Positions 19,599 through 28,363 are shown, counted from the first letter of the stretch. The stretch is 64,000 nt of DNA from a virus (IMGVR_UViG_3300037246_001058:2020-66019), one strand, 5' to 3'. Numbers and translations: made by a program. The notes: generated by a model not told the origin, from the sequence alone.

Positions 19599-19772
19599 AT
19601 GGCAGTGAAACGACCAGGCGAGAAGCGAGCGACGAGTAAGGAACGCTTCCTTACAGGGACAGACATCCCGGTCATCCGTGTGATGGATGGGAAGCGGCGC
19701 TTCTTCTGGGCAGTGAAGGACAACGACGGCAACTACCAGCGGGTCAAGTCGTCAGAATGGGAGTTGAAATGA
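19599..19772 (+). CDS. Small basic hypothetical protein (57 aa)
   Basis: Hand-translated MAVKRPGEKRATSKERFL...; AAGGAG RBS after palindrome. Confidence 0.5.
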   Translation: MAVKRPGEKRATSKERFLTGTDIPVIRVMDGKRRFFWAVKDNDGNYQRVKSSEWELK

Positions 19773-20039
19773 GGCGCAATGAATGTGTTCGATGCCGGAA
19801 GTACACGTCAACGATATTCTGTGGCGCCTGCCTTGCGGGGTGGCTCCTCACGCTCACTGACAGGCAGAAGAATGAGAGGTTGCTACGATGAGTCGCAAGA
19901 AGGAAAATTGCATGACCGGCACGGAGGTAGTGTTCAGCGAGCTGGAGTTCTGGGCTAAGCGTGCGGTCGAGATGGGCAACAAGGAGATGCTGCACGAGTG
20001 GCTGAGACTGATGCTGATTGGAGCGAAGTGATGCTACTC

Positions 20040-20657
20040 TTAGTACTCAGCTTCTGTGGAATCATCGCCATGCTCATCATCCTCGGGTGTGCCTTGGTCC
20101 TCGTCATCGACGAAGTCGTCAAGTACTTCAACTCGTGAGGTGATGTCAATGATGGCAGCATCTACTTGTACATCTGACTCGGGCGTGATGTCAATGGCAT
20201 CGGGCACGTCGGACAGCACCTGCTTGAGACGCTCGACCAACTCGGCCTTGGATGCAGCACTGTCCTCGTTCGGGCTGGACTCCAGCGCACCCTTAGGCAG
20301 GAGAGAGGCGAGTGTCTTGAGCGCAGCGATCTCCTCGTACGTCGAGGTTGTCTTGCGGTCAACGATATTCCATAGCTTCATCTGTATGGAGACTAGGTTG
20401 CCACGACTGGCACGTCGCCGGTCGGCCTCGATCTTCGTCTCGATGACAGCGATGGCGTCCTGAATATGGGAGCGCTTGAGTATCTGACTGGCCTCGGAGT
20501 AGGACGTCTGCCTGGAGTTATTGTTCTTGTACACACGGGTGTACGCCTCAACGGCAGAGCGAGGGCGGTCATCGTCGATGCGCGTCATCTCTTGAACGAA
20601 TTCTTTCTCGTTCACGGTGAGCTTGCGTACCTTGGTGGGTGTGCTATCATCTGTCAT
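20040..20657 (-). CDS. Terminase small subunit-like protein
   Basis: KLTVNEKEFVQEM...SAVEAYTRVY...SEASQILKRSHIQDAI resembles the Terminase_2 N-terminal helical pattern; acidic tail with IDIT motifs. Confidence 0.6.
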   Translation of the reverse strand: MTDDSTPTKVRKLTVNEKEFVQEMTRIDDDRPRSAVEAYTRVYKNNNSRQTSYSEASQILKRSHIQDAIAVIETKIEADRRRASRGNLVSIQMKLWNIVDRKTTSTYEEIAALKTLASLLPKGALESSPNEDSAASKAELVERLKQVLSDVPDAIDITPESDVQVDAAIIDITSRVEVLDDFVDDEDQGTPEDDEHGDDSTEAEY

Positions 20658-20663
20658 AGTTAC

Positions 20664-20672
20664 AGTATACCA
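20664..20672 (-). promoter_or_regulatory. Extended -10 promoter for a probably leaderless transcript
   Basis: Minus strand reads TGGTATACT-gtaact-ATG, with no Shine-Dalgarno. Confidence 0.55.
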
Positions 20673-20882
20673 CACGGTATACAATACTGGGGGTCTAGTA
20701 GACCCCAAGGAGAATGGAATGGAACAGAGCAGAGAGTACTGTTGCGCTTGCGGGATGGTGTGGCCATGTGCTACACCGGGAGCCAAGCACATGAGTACGG
20801 GTGAGCTTGAAGCAAGGGCCAAGACCACCGAGCGTAAGCAGCAGATCATGTCAGAATTCAGGAAGTCAAGCAGAAAGAGGAG

Positions 20883-21212
20883 ATGATGAGCAACGAACTA
20901 AACAAGGACCAACCGTACCAATTCATGGTGGGTATGATACCCGGACGGAACCGCGAGAAGCGCAAGCCACTCGGGTGCGTAGTCATCATGGCAGACAGCG
21001 TGGACCTGGCATGGGGCCTGTTCCGCAGACAGGAGGGATACAAGTGGGACATCGTTGAGCTACAGCCAACGTCACCGGCAGGCAAATTTCTCAAGCGTCT
21101 CGGCCATGCCGACCGCAACAGGGAAGGCGAGGCACATGACAGAAAATACGAACGACAACTCCGAGCAACCAACAGGCGACGAGCGATTGCCCGACAAAAT
21201 AAGGTGCGTTGA
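20883..21212 (+). CDS. Hypothetical protein
   Basis: GAGGAG RBS, 109 aa. Confidence 0.55.
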   Translation: MMSNELNKDQPYQFMVGMIPGRNREKRKPLGCVVIMADSVDLAWGLFRRQEGYKWDIVELQPTSPAGKFLKRLGHADRNREGEAHDRKYERQLRATNRRRAIARQNKVR

Positions 21213-21455
21213 CTGCAATGATGAGATGTCATTTGAAGATAGGATGGCAGGGTTGTGGTACATCGACAGATGGTGTATAGATTGTGTCAAGAAGGAGGAT
21301 GAGCGTAGCCTACGTGAGGATACGTTCGATGGAACGGAGATCACGTTCCGCAAGCCACGGTACCTTCACCCGGAGTCGGAGTGGAGGGAGGACACTGAGT
21401 TCACGGCAATAGATGCAATGATGAAGGACCTCATCGAGAAGGGTAGGAAGAGTTA

Positions 21456-21674
21456 ATGCCGAAGTTTGGTACAATAGGTAGGAACGGCAAGGAGTGGCGG
21501 ACGATGTTCGACGCCGCAACAGGTGTAGAAACAGGCATGGAGGTAGACGAGGCACTTGGCATCGTGCTAGAGCTTGCAAGGGATGCCGATGGACCGTATG
21601 CATACAATGAGAACGCAGAGGCACTCGGAATTGTCGAGCGCCTGAGATTTTTTATCGAAAAGGAAGAAGGATAA
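21456..21674 (+). CDS. Hypothetical protein
   Basis: TAATG-coupled 72-aa ORF. Confidence 0.5.
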   Translation: MPKFGTIGRNGKEWRTMFDAATGVETGMEVDEALGIVLELARDADGPYAYNENAEALGIVERLRFFIEKEEG

Positions 21675-21675
21675 T

Positions 21676-22605
21676 ATGAATACACTTACCAAGAACAAGA
21701 CACGTGGTGGCATCAGCGAGACGCACATGCTGGCGGAGTTGAACCTCAAGCTCCCGTCCGGTACGGCACGCAACAAGAAGCTCGAACAGGAAGCAGAGCA
21801 GAAGCATGGCGTGACCGACGCCAACCGTGTGCGTGCAGTCGTTGACGTGTACAACACGGACTTCCTCAAGTCAGTGCGGAAGATCCATGCTGGCCTGCGC
21901 AACATGTTCAGTGCTACCACACTGCCATGGTCTGAACGGGGGCAGCGCTTGGTTGCCAACGAACAGATGAAGATGCTCAAGGCAGAGATCGACAAGTGCA
22001 AGATCGAGGCGAGCGCAGCATGGAAGCAATTCTGTGATGAGCTGGACCACCACAAGGCACGGGACAAGCAGGTGCTTGGTACCCTGTTCGATGAGTCACT
22101 CTACCCCTCGAAGGAGGAGTTGGATGGCCGCCACTCAATCGAGATCGTCTTCGCTGCGGTGCCCGATGCCGAGCATGATGTTCGTGCGGGATGGGATCAG
22201 GATACGATCGACACGTACCAGACTCAGGTCATCTCGAAAGAGAAGGTGCGCACCACCAAGGCACTGAAGGTGCTGAACAAGAGAGCCTACGACATGGTGT
22301 CGCGGGTTGCGGATCGCATGGCGAAGTACGATGGTACTCGTACCGGATCGTACAATGACTCGCTCATCCCGAACGTCAAGGACATCATGGAGATGTGTAA
22401 GATGTTCAACTTGAACGACGACCCGGAGATGAAGAAGTGGACCGAGGAGATGGCAGTCAACATCACTAGAGTATCCTCTCAGGACCTTCGGGATAACCCC
22501 GAGCTGCGCAAGGAGATCGGCGGTAACGCTGACAGACTGGCGAAGAAGATCCAGAAGAGTGCACTGGGTGGGTTTGGCACGGCGCCCGAACTGCCGGCAG
22601 ACTGA
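21676..22605 (+). CDS. DUF3150-like helical protein
   Basis: 309 aa with TLPW..G.RL and LGTLFDESLYPS motifs; precedes the AAA+ and VWA genes as is usual for this family. Confidence 0.6.
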   Translation: MNTLTKNKTRGGISETHMLAELNLKLPSGTARNKKLEQEAEQKHGVTDANRVRAVVDVYNTDFLKSVRKIHAGLRNMFSATTLPWSERGQRLVANEQMKMLKAEIDKCKIEASAAWKQFCDELDHHKARDKQVLGTLFDESLYPSKEELDGRHSIEIVFAAVPDAEHDVRAGWDQDTIDTYQTQVISKEKVRTTKALKVLNKRAYDMVSRVADRMAKYDGTRTGSYNDSLIPNVKDIMEMCKMFNLNDDPEMKKWTEEMAVNITRVSSQDLRDNPELRKEIGGNADRLAKKIQKSALGGFGTAPELPAD

Positions 22606-22762
22606 TGCCTAACGTGATACCGGAAGAGGTTAAGTACGCGATGAAAGACATCGTGAATGATGCTCACGACCTAGAGGATGGACCGTCAATGTTCATGCTC
22701 GTTAGGCGTGAGTCTATCCAGCTACTGGAGCTGCTACTCAAGGAGTACGAGAGAGAAGAGGG

Positions 22763-22791
22763 TTGACAGAGACTATCAACTACTGTATACT
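22763..22791 (+). promoter_or_regulatory. Sigma70-type promoter
   Basis: TTGACA-N17-TATACT upstream of palindrome copy 22818 and the AAA+ gene. Confidence 0.75.
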
Positions 22792-22856
22792 ACGCCTAAC
22801 GTAGAAGCAAGGGGTTGGGGTCCACTGGACCCTGACCCCGGACAAGGAAGACAAGC

Positions 22857-23912
22857 ATGAGTATTGATTACATGGAAGCAGCCGAGCTTTGCCGGGTGTC
22901 GCAGGAGAAGGGCGCACCGGGGGAGCACGTACACCTGATGCTCTCGGGTCACCCGGGCGTCGGTAAGAATCATCTGTGGCAGAAGTTTGCTGACCTCATC
23001 AACTACAAGTTGACGGTCATCATTCTTACCAACGAGGACAACCTTGACATCGGTGGTATGTGGGCACCCAACTTTGAGGACGGGAAGCTCTGCCATCTCA
23101 TGACCGACAGGTTCATGGGCAAGAACATACCGAAGGGGTTCAAGGGGGAGATCATCCTGTTCGATGAGATTGGCAACGCACCACACATGCAGACCGCCAT
23201 CCTCTCTATCGTAGAGGACCGTAGGCACAACGGAAAGCCCGTTGGCAAGAACGTCATCTTTGGATTCAGTACCAACCTGGCCGACGCAGGGTGTGGCGCA
23301 AGCCGCATCAACAACGCACTGCAGGCACGCATACTCAACTTCGTAGTGGAGCCGGAGTATGACAAGTGGATCGACTGGGCCCTGGATAACGAGCTGCATC
23401 CCAAGATCCTCACGTGGCTACACTACAGCAAGCATAGCTTGCATGGCTTCGACCCTAAGTCGAAGGAGTTCGGGCAGCCCAACCCTCGGTCATGGCACAA
23501 GCTGTCTGGACTGATGCATCAGGGCCCATCGGATGAGATGTTCAAGCAGGTGGCCGTTGGTATGATCGGCAGCGTGGAAGGCATGAAGTTCATTGGCTTC
23601 ACGCAGCTGGACGAGGGGCTCACGTCTGTGTTCGATGTGCTCGCCAACCCGGAGGAGTGCAACATCCCAGTCGGGGACGTAAGCTCACAGTACGCTATCG
23701 TGAGTAACATCTCGGCATGGATGATGGGTCAGCGTAGGCTGAAGATCGAGGTGACCCTCGAAGAGAAGGAGGCCTTCATCACATTCCTCCGTCGGTTCAC
23801 GGACCCGCTTGCGGTGTTCGGGTTCAGGCTGTTGGATAAGATGAACCCTGAGTTCAGCAAGTGCAAGGCGTACTCGCAGTTCACCATCGACTACCAAGGG
23901 ACGGATATGTAA
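22857..23912 (+). CDS. MoxR/dynein-related AAA+ ATPase
   Basis: Walker A GHPGVGKN, Walker B ILFDE, sensor-1 STN, ALQAR, and PNPRSW. Confidence 0.88.
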   Translation: MSIDYMEAAELCRVSQEKGAPGEHVHLMLSGHPGVGKNHLWQKFADLINYKLTVIILTNEDNLDIGGMWAPNFEDGKLCHLMTDRFMGKNIPKGFKGEIILFDEIGNAPHMQTAILSIVEDRRHNGKPVGKNVIFGFSTNLADAGCGASRINNALQARILNFVVEPEYDKWIDWALDNELHPKILTWLHYSKHSLHGFDPKSKEFGQPNPRSWHKLSGLMHQGPSDEMFKQVAVGMIGSVEGMKFIGFTQLDEGLTSVFDVLANPEECNIPVGDVSSQYAIVSNISAWMMGQRRLKIEVTLEEKEAFITFLRRFTDPLAVFGFRLLDKMNPEFSKCKAYSQFTIDYQGTDM

Positions 23913-24202
23913 TGGAGATAAGAACCGGGTGGTGCAGCAGGACTAATAGTGCGTGGTTTGTCACAGACTGTGGCCGTACAGATAGGTACGCCTTCTGCCA
24001 TGCAGGGCTCGATGAGTGGATCATCCCACCGGGTGTGCGCGTACGCCTGGTTCTGAGTAGCGTCGAGGTGGAGGGTGCGGCATGCGGGACACCTGCAGCG
24101 AGGTACGCCTCGATGTACATCACTGAACGTGTCCGCGCCCAAGGCTGGAGCACATGGAGCCGTCTGTGGTGGTGGCCTGAGATTGAAGAGGAAGGAAAGT
24201 AA
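23912..24202 (+). CDS. Hypothetical protein between AAA+ and VWA genes
   Basis: TAATG-coupled, MEIRTGWCSR..., Trp-rich. Confidence 0.5.
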   Translation: MEIRTGWCSRTNSAWFVTDCGRTDRYAFCHAGLDEWIIPPGVRVRLVLSSVEVEGAACGTPAARYASMYITERVRAQGWSTWSRLWWWPEIEEEGK

Positions 24203-24203
24203 C

Positions 24204-25691
24204 ATGCAACCTATGCCTAAGGAAGCCTTCAAGATCCTCAAGTTGGAGATCGCAGAGGTCAACTACTACGTGAAGCAGGTCGAGCGGGTGCGCATTGCAT
24301 CCATCGAACGCGAGCCATTCCTGGCTACGTTCGGGTTCGAGATGGAGATCGTAATAACCAACTACTATTGGGGTCGCGAGGTACCAACGTGTGCGACAGA
24401 CGGCAAGACGTTTGCTTGCAACCCAACGTGGTACATGCAGCGTACTGTGGGAGGACGCATCACTGTGTTTGCTCACGAGTTGTTTCATGCGGCACTGGGG
24501 CACTGCCTCCGTCGCATGGGGCGTGACCCTGATTGGTGGAACGTAGCGTGCGATCACGAAGTGAACAATCTCATCGTTGCTAGTGGCAAGTATGAGATCC
24601 CATCGGGTCAGCCGGGTGACTCTTGGTGTTACGACGCCAAGTACCGGGGCTGGGTAGCGGAGCGTATCTTCGATGACCTAGTCAAGGACCTGAACCAAGC
24701 ACCCGACAACGGTCAGCCTGGCGAGGGGGGTAGCACTCCACTGTCCGGTGACGAGCAGCAACAGGGTCCAGCAGACCCCAAGGAGGACGATGATGAACAG
24801 CAGAGCGACAAGACGGAAGATTCAGGGTCTTCGTCGAAAGATGCAGAAGCTCAAGCGGATGCGGAATCGGACGGGGGAAAACAAGACTCTGACTCGGCTG
24901 ATGCTGCAGGCAAAGACAGAGGAAACACTGGCAGCAAGTACGGTCCGGCGCCGGAAGCGGGGCTGGTCATAGATCAGCGCAACGCTGATGGTACCGAGAT
25001 GGACAAGCAGCAAGTAAAGGAAGCGCTGCAAGAGTTGGCTAAGAAATGTGAGATCGGCAAGCTCGCTGAGATCACAGCCGGTACCGACACCAGCGTCGGA
25101 GCCTCCATCTCAATGGAGAAGATGATGGGCACCGAGTTGGACTGGGAGGATCAGCTTGGGCAGTTCTTTCAGAGCAAGGGGATCCCAGCGGGTGATACGT
25201 GGAAACGTCTCAGCCGTCGGGGCCTGGCCAACAAGCTGTACATCCCTGGCAAGAGGTATCATGGCATAGAATGGATGGTGTTCGCCTATGACGTGAGCTA
25301 CTCGATGGATCGTGACTCGCTCAAGTTGCTGAACGATGCGATGGACGGCGCACGCCAGAAGTACGGGGTGCAACGGGTCACCATCCTGCCATTCAACACC
25401 ATCATACTCAAGGATCAGATCAAGGAGATCGGACTTGAGGATGAGTTCCCCACTCGTTGGGACGTAGGCGGAGGCACCGCATTCAAGGGTGTCTTCAATT
25501 GGGTTCGCAGGCAGGAGGGGAAGCCTGATGGTATCATAGTGTTCACTGACATGGGGTCACGTGAGTACGGCGAGGAAGTGTACGGTGTGCCCACTCTCTG
25601 GGCATCCAGCGAGCCCTTCTGGACCATCAACGGCAGCACCAATCACCCCCCGTTCGGAGAGATGCTGGAGATTGATCGTGGAAAACGGTAG
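24204..25691 (+). CDS. DUF2201-type metallopeptidase + VWA domain protein
   Basis: TCATDG, HExxH (AHELFHAALGH), WNVACD.EVN, acidic linker, MIDAS DVSYS, GGGT and VFTD. Confidence 0.88.
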   Translation: MQPMPKEAFKILKLEIAEVNYYVKQVERVRIASIEREPFLATFGFEMEIVITNYYWGREVPTCATDGKTFACNPTWYMQRTVGGRITVFAHELFHAALGHCLRRMGRDPDWWNVACDHEVNNLIVASGKYEIPSGQPGDSWCYDAKYRGWVAERIFDDLVKDLNQAPDNGQPGEGGSTPLSGDEQQQGPADPKEDDDEQQSDKTEDSGSSSKDAEAQADAESDGGKQDSDSADAAGKDRGNTGSKYGPAPEAGLVIDQRNADGTEMDKQQVKEALQELAKKCEIGKLAEITAGTDTSVGASISMEKMMGTELDWEDQLGQFFQSKGIPAGDTWKRLSRRGLANKLYIPGKRYHGIEWMVFAYDVSYSMDRDSLKLLNDAMDGARQKYGVQRVTILPFNTIILKDQIKEIGLEDEFPTRWDVGGGTAFKGVFNWVRRQEGKPDGIIVFTDMGSREYGEEVYGVPTLWASSEPFWTINGSTNHPPFGEMLEIDRGKR

Positions 25692-25707
25692 GATAAAGTT
25701 CGAGGCG

Positions 25708-26139
25708 ATGAAGAAGCTCAAGCTAGAGAACAGGGAGCTACGCAACCGGCTTGATGCGTCACGGGCACTGTCAAAGAAGCTGAAACTCAGGCTAGGTCGG
25801 TGCCAGCACCGGGAGAGGTGGGCAGCGGAGAACGCCAACTCACTGAGGTTCCGCATATCCAGGGCGATCGAGAGCATCACGGCGGTGCGACTCGGGTTCC
25901 ACGGCGGTAACAAGCAACCGGAACACGGGTTCAATGTAATACTAGGGAAGTGCGCTACGTGTCGCGGCGGTGGCGGACGCCTCATCTGCGAGGATGAATG
26001 CGAAGACCTGGGGCTTGGGTACAACGAGTACGTGCCCAAATTCCACTGCACATCACAGGGCAGAGAGTACTGGTGCGAGGACTGCATAGGTGTAGGTCAC
26101 ACCCTGTCAGTACTAGACTACATAAACAAGGAGTATTAG
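25708..26139 (+). CDS. Coiled-coil + DnaJ-like Zn-finger protein
   Basis: CATCRGGG and CEDCIGVG. Confidence 0.5.
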   Translation: MKKLKLENRELRNRLDASRALSKKLKLRLGRCQHRERWAAENANSLRFRISRAIESITAVRLGFHGGNKQPEHGFNVILGKCATCRGGGGRLICEDECEDLGLGYNEYVPKFHCTSQGREYWCEDCIGVGHTLSVLDYINKEY

Positions 26140-26496
26140 ATGGACGCTATCCCAGACACAGGATCACATATATCTGAAGGGGTTGAGGGCTTCGACCCCG
26201 ACGAGCAGGCCTACTGCGAGAAGATCACCAAGCTGGCGAAGGACGTCAGCATGGAGTACCAGGGCTGGGAGTCGGTGCACAAGCTGGCTGACGTGGCGAA
26301 CGAAGTCATCAAGGCGAAGGGGAACGACACTGTGGTCACCACCCGTGTGTATTTCTTCTGCCTGTCTTGGTTGGCAGGAGCCATGTCGGTGGCGGAGAGC
26401 GGGGAGTACGTCAAGAGGAAGTCTTTGACTATGACTCACTGTGCCCTTGCTTTCATTGCCGGAGCTGCTATCATAACAATCTACGAATGGATGTGA
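26140..26496 (+). CDS. Hypothetical protein
   Basis: AAGGAG RBS; C-terminal hydrophobic segment. Confidence 0.55.
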   Translation: MDAIPDTGSHISEGVEGFDPDEQAYCEKITKLAKDVSMEYQGWESVHKLADVANEVIKAKGNDTVVTTRVYFFCLSWLAGAMSVAESGEYVKRKSLTMTHCALAFIAGAAIITIYEWM

Positions 26497-26507
26497 AAGG
26501 AACAGCG

Positions 26508-26852
26508 ATGAACGACAGTAATGTGACAGAGATGGAGGCACACCTTCGGGATCAGCGAGACAACCTGTTCGCTGAACGGAACATCGTGGTCGCCATGCTC
26601 TCCAAGGTCTTCCCGTCAGTGCTCGCCTACCACTCGGCGGATGAGAACGGTGACGATGGGGCCAACGGATACGATGGGTACGTAGTGTACATCCTCTTGC
26701 CCACCGGGCAGATCAGTTTCCATATCGGGAGCGACGTCCGGTCATCGTGGTTCGAGCACTTGCAGGTCAGCAACATCCCGGTGTGGGATCATCACGACTC
26801 GGACACGAAGTGGGAGCGGGTGGTTGCATACCTGAACGGCGAGGTATCATGA
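26508..26852 (+). CDS. WDGH-like phage protein
   Basis: LPTGQISFH...WDHH motif. Confidence 0.55.
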   Translation: MNDSNVTEMEAHLRDQRDNLFAERNIVVAMLSKVFPSVLAYHSADENGDDGANGYDGYVVYILLPTGQISFHIGSDVRSSWFEHLQVSNIPVWDHHDSDTKWERVVAYLNGEVS

Positions 26853-27035
26853 GGCCAGTCAAGCTAGTCAAGCGACTACACAAAGAGAAGCTCACAGAGA
26901 TAGCCAAGACAAGGGCGATGGCGTCAGCGTCAACTGGCAACCTGAACGCCCAGCTTGCAAGGCTGGACAGGGAGAGGCTTGAGCTAGAGATAGAAATGTA
27001 TGGGGACTGGGCCCCCAAGGATAGGAGTCAAGACG

Positions 27036-27386
27036 ATGAATGAAGATAGGTGTAGGTTCACGGACTGCCCGACCACGAACAGGATGGCGGATGGCGATGA
27101 GGCGATCACCTGTTCGACATGCCGCCAAGTGATGGGGCTGTTGCCACTGAAGGACTTGTTCGATGCGAGCCAGCGTCGAGCAACGGGTGACTTCATTGAC
27201 ATCCTGCACTTCCTTAGGCAGCTGGCTGACAAGGATCCGGGGGCGACGTTCCAGTCGGTGCTGTCCGCTGTGCTGGAGCAAGTCTATTGCAACACTGGCA
27301 AGTGGTACGACCCGGACCTCGAAGAGGTGCACAACGATGAGTTCCTTGACGCACTGCAGGACCTACTAGGGAGAGAACATCCATGA
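27036..27386 (+). CDS. Hypothetical Zn-binding protein
   Basis: AGGAG RBS; Cys pairs in the N-terminus. Confidence 0.45.
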   Translation: MNEDRCRFTDCPTTNRMADGDEAITCSTCRQVMGLLPLKDLFDASQRRATGDFIDILHFLRQLADKDPGATFQSVLSAVLEQVYCNTGKWYDPDLEEVHNDEFLDALQDLLGREHP

Positions 27387-27533
27387 AGAATCTGACGATC
27401 GAGATAGCTAACGTCAAGCGGCTGATGGACGTGGCACGCAACGACCTGAGGGCAGCCAAGGTCACGCTTGACGCAGCCGCCATACACTTGACGGCACTAG
27501 AGTATGACATCCAAAAGGAAATGGAGAACGAAG

Positions 27534-27830
27534 ATGAGTAGCGTAAAGAACCGGACACTGGGAGTGAACCTCCCGAGAGGCGAGGCGGGTGACCGCATCG
27601 AGGCAGCACTGCAGCTCATGCGTGAGGAGGAGGACCGCTCGATGAGCAACCTCCTGCTTCACATCATACGTCAGGCTATCGTCAAGCGTGACGTCGAGTT
27701 CCATGAGGAGGTACTCAAGCGTGCCCCGCAGTACTCCCGCATCATTGAGGAAGAGAACCCATGGGATGACAACTGCGAACCCATCCTTGAGGCCAACGAT
27801 GACCGCTGGGGTGACGGGGAGCCGGGCTGA
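27534..27830 (+). CDS. Ribbon-helix-helix-like DNA-binding protein
   Basis: RTLGVNLP strand followed by helices ...EEEDRSMSNLLLHIIRQAI (Arc/CopG-like). Confidence 0.5.
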   Translation: MSSVKNRTLGVNLPRGEAGDRIEAALQLMREEEDRSMSNLLLHIIRQAIVKRDVEFHEEVLKRAPQYSRIIEEENPWDDNCEPILEANDDRWGDGEPG

Positions 27831-28363
27831 TGGGCTCATTCAACTTCGGCGCCCCGAGGATACCGGGGTTCAAGAAGAAGGTCGGTGCATGGACGGAGCC
27901 CAAGCGGGGCGACACTCCCATCCTGCCGGATGATATCATAGACATCGCTGCCATGTACTACATCGACGACGATAGCCTAGTGTACATCGGCAAGCGGTAC
28001 GACGTGGGTCCGAAGGAGATCCGTTCGATCGTCAACGGATTCAACTTCGGCAAGGACTGGTCGAAGGCGTGCGTCCAACTCATCTCGGAGGGCCACACAC
28101 TCGTTCGGTCCAAGCTATTGAGGGAGGAGGACAAGCGGGCCACGAGGGGAGCGCTGCGAACCAAGCCCCTCACAATGGAGACTGTGCGCAGCATACGCTT
28201 GATGCACATGGCCGGAGTGGAGCTTGAGGAGATCGTAAGGAAGACTGGACTCAAGACGTACCGAGTACGCTCTATCCTACGGAACGATACGTTCAAGCAG
28301 GATGAGTACAAGCCCCCGGGCTGGCGCATGGACACAACCAACTGGAGAAAAGACAGTGACTGA
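27830..28363 (+). CDS. Tandem HTH DNA-binding protein
   Basis: Two HTH-like units (SLVYIGKRYDVGPKEIRSIV; ELEEIVRKTGLKTYRVRSIL). Confidence 0.55.
   Translation: MGSFNFGAPRIPGFKKKVGAWTEPKRGDTPILPDDIIDIAAMYYIDDDSLVYIGKRYDVGPKEIRSIVNGFNFGKDWSKACVQLISEGHTLVRSKLLREEDKRATRGALRTKPLTMETVRSIRLMHMAGVELEEIVRKTGLKTYRVRSILRNDTFKQDEYKPPGWRMDTTNWRKDSD

Larger units (their letters stand above)
10725..24778. repeat. Dispersed 15-bp palindromic repeat family GGGTCYRSYRGACCH (16 copies)
   Basis: Copies start at 10725 (variant), 11588, 12347, 12651, 12860, 13136, 13626, 14228, 15013, 15594, 17033, 18117, 19571, 20691, 22818 and 24764. Most common form is GGGTCTAGTAGACC. Confidence 0.95.

Noticed and set aside
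11588-20705. Classical integron with attC sites
   Set aside because: No GTTRRRY/RYYYAAC cores, sites are far shorter than attC, and no IntI or other tyrosine recombinase was recognised.
11588-22839. Palindromes as intrinsic terminators
   Set aside because: None is followed by a U-tract; they are followed by purine-rich RBS sequence or ATG.
11588-24778. Palindrome repeats as a CRISPR array
   Set aside because: The repeats are only 15 bp and are separated by 0.2-2.1 kb gene-containing intervals. No cas operon is present; the Cas4-like nuclease sits in a recombination module.
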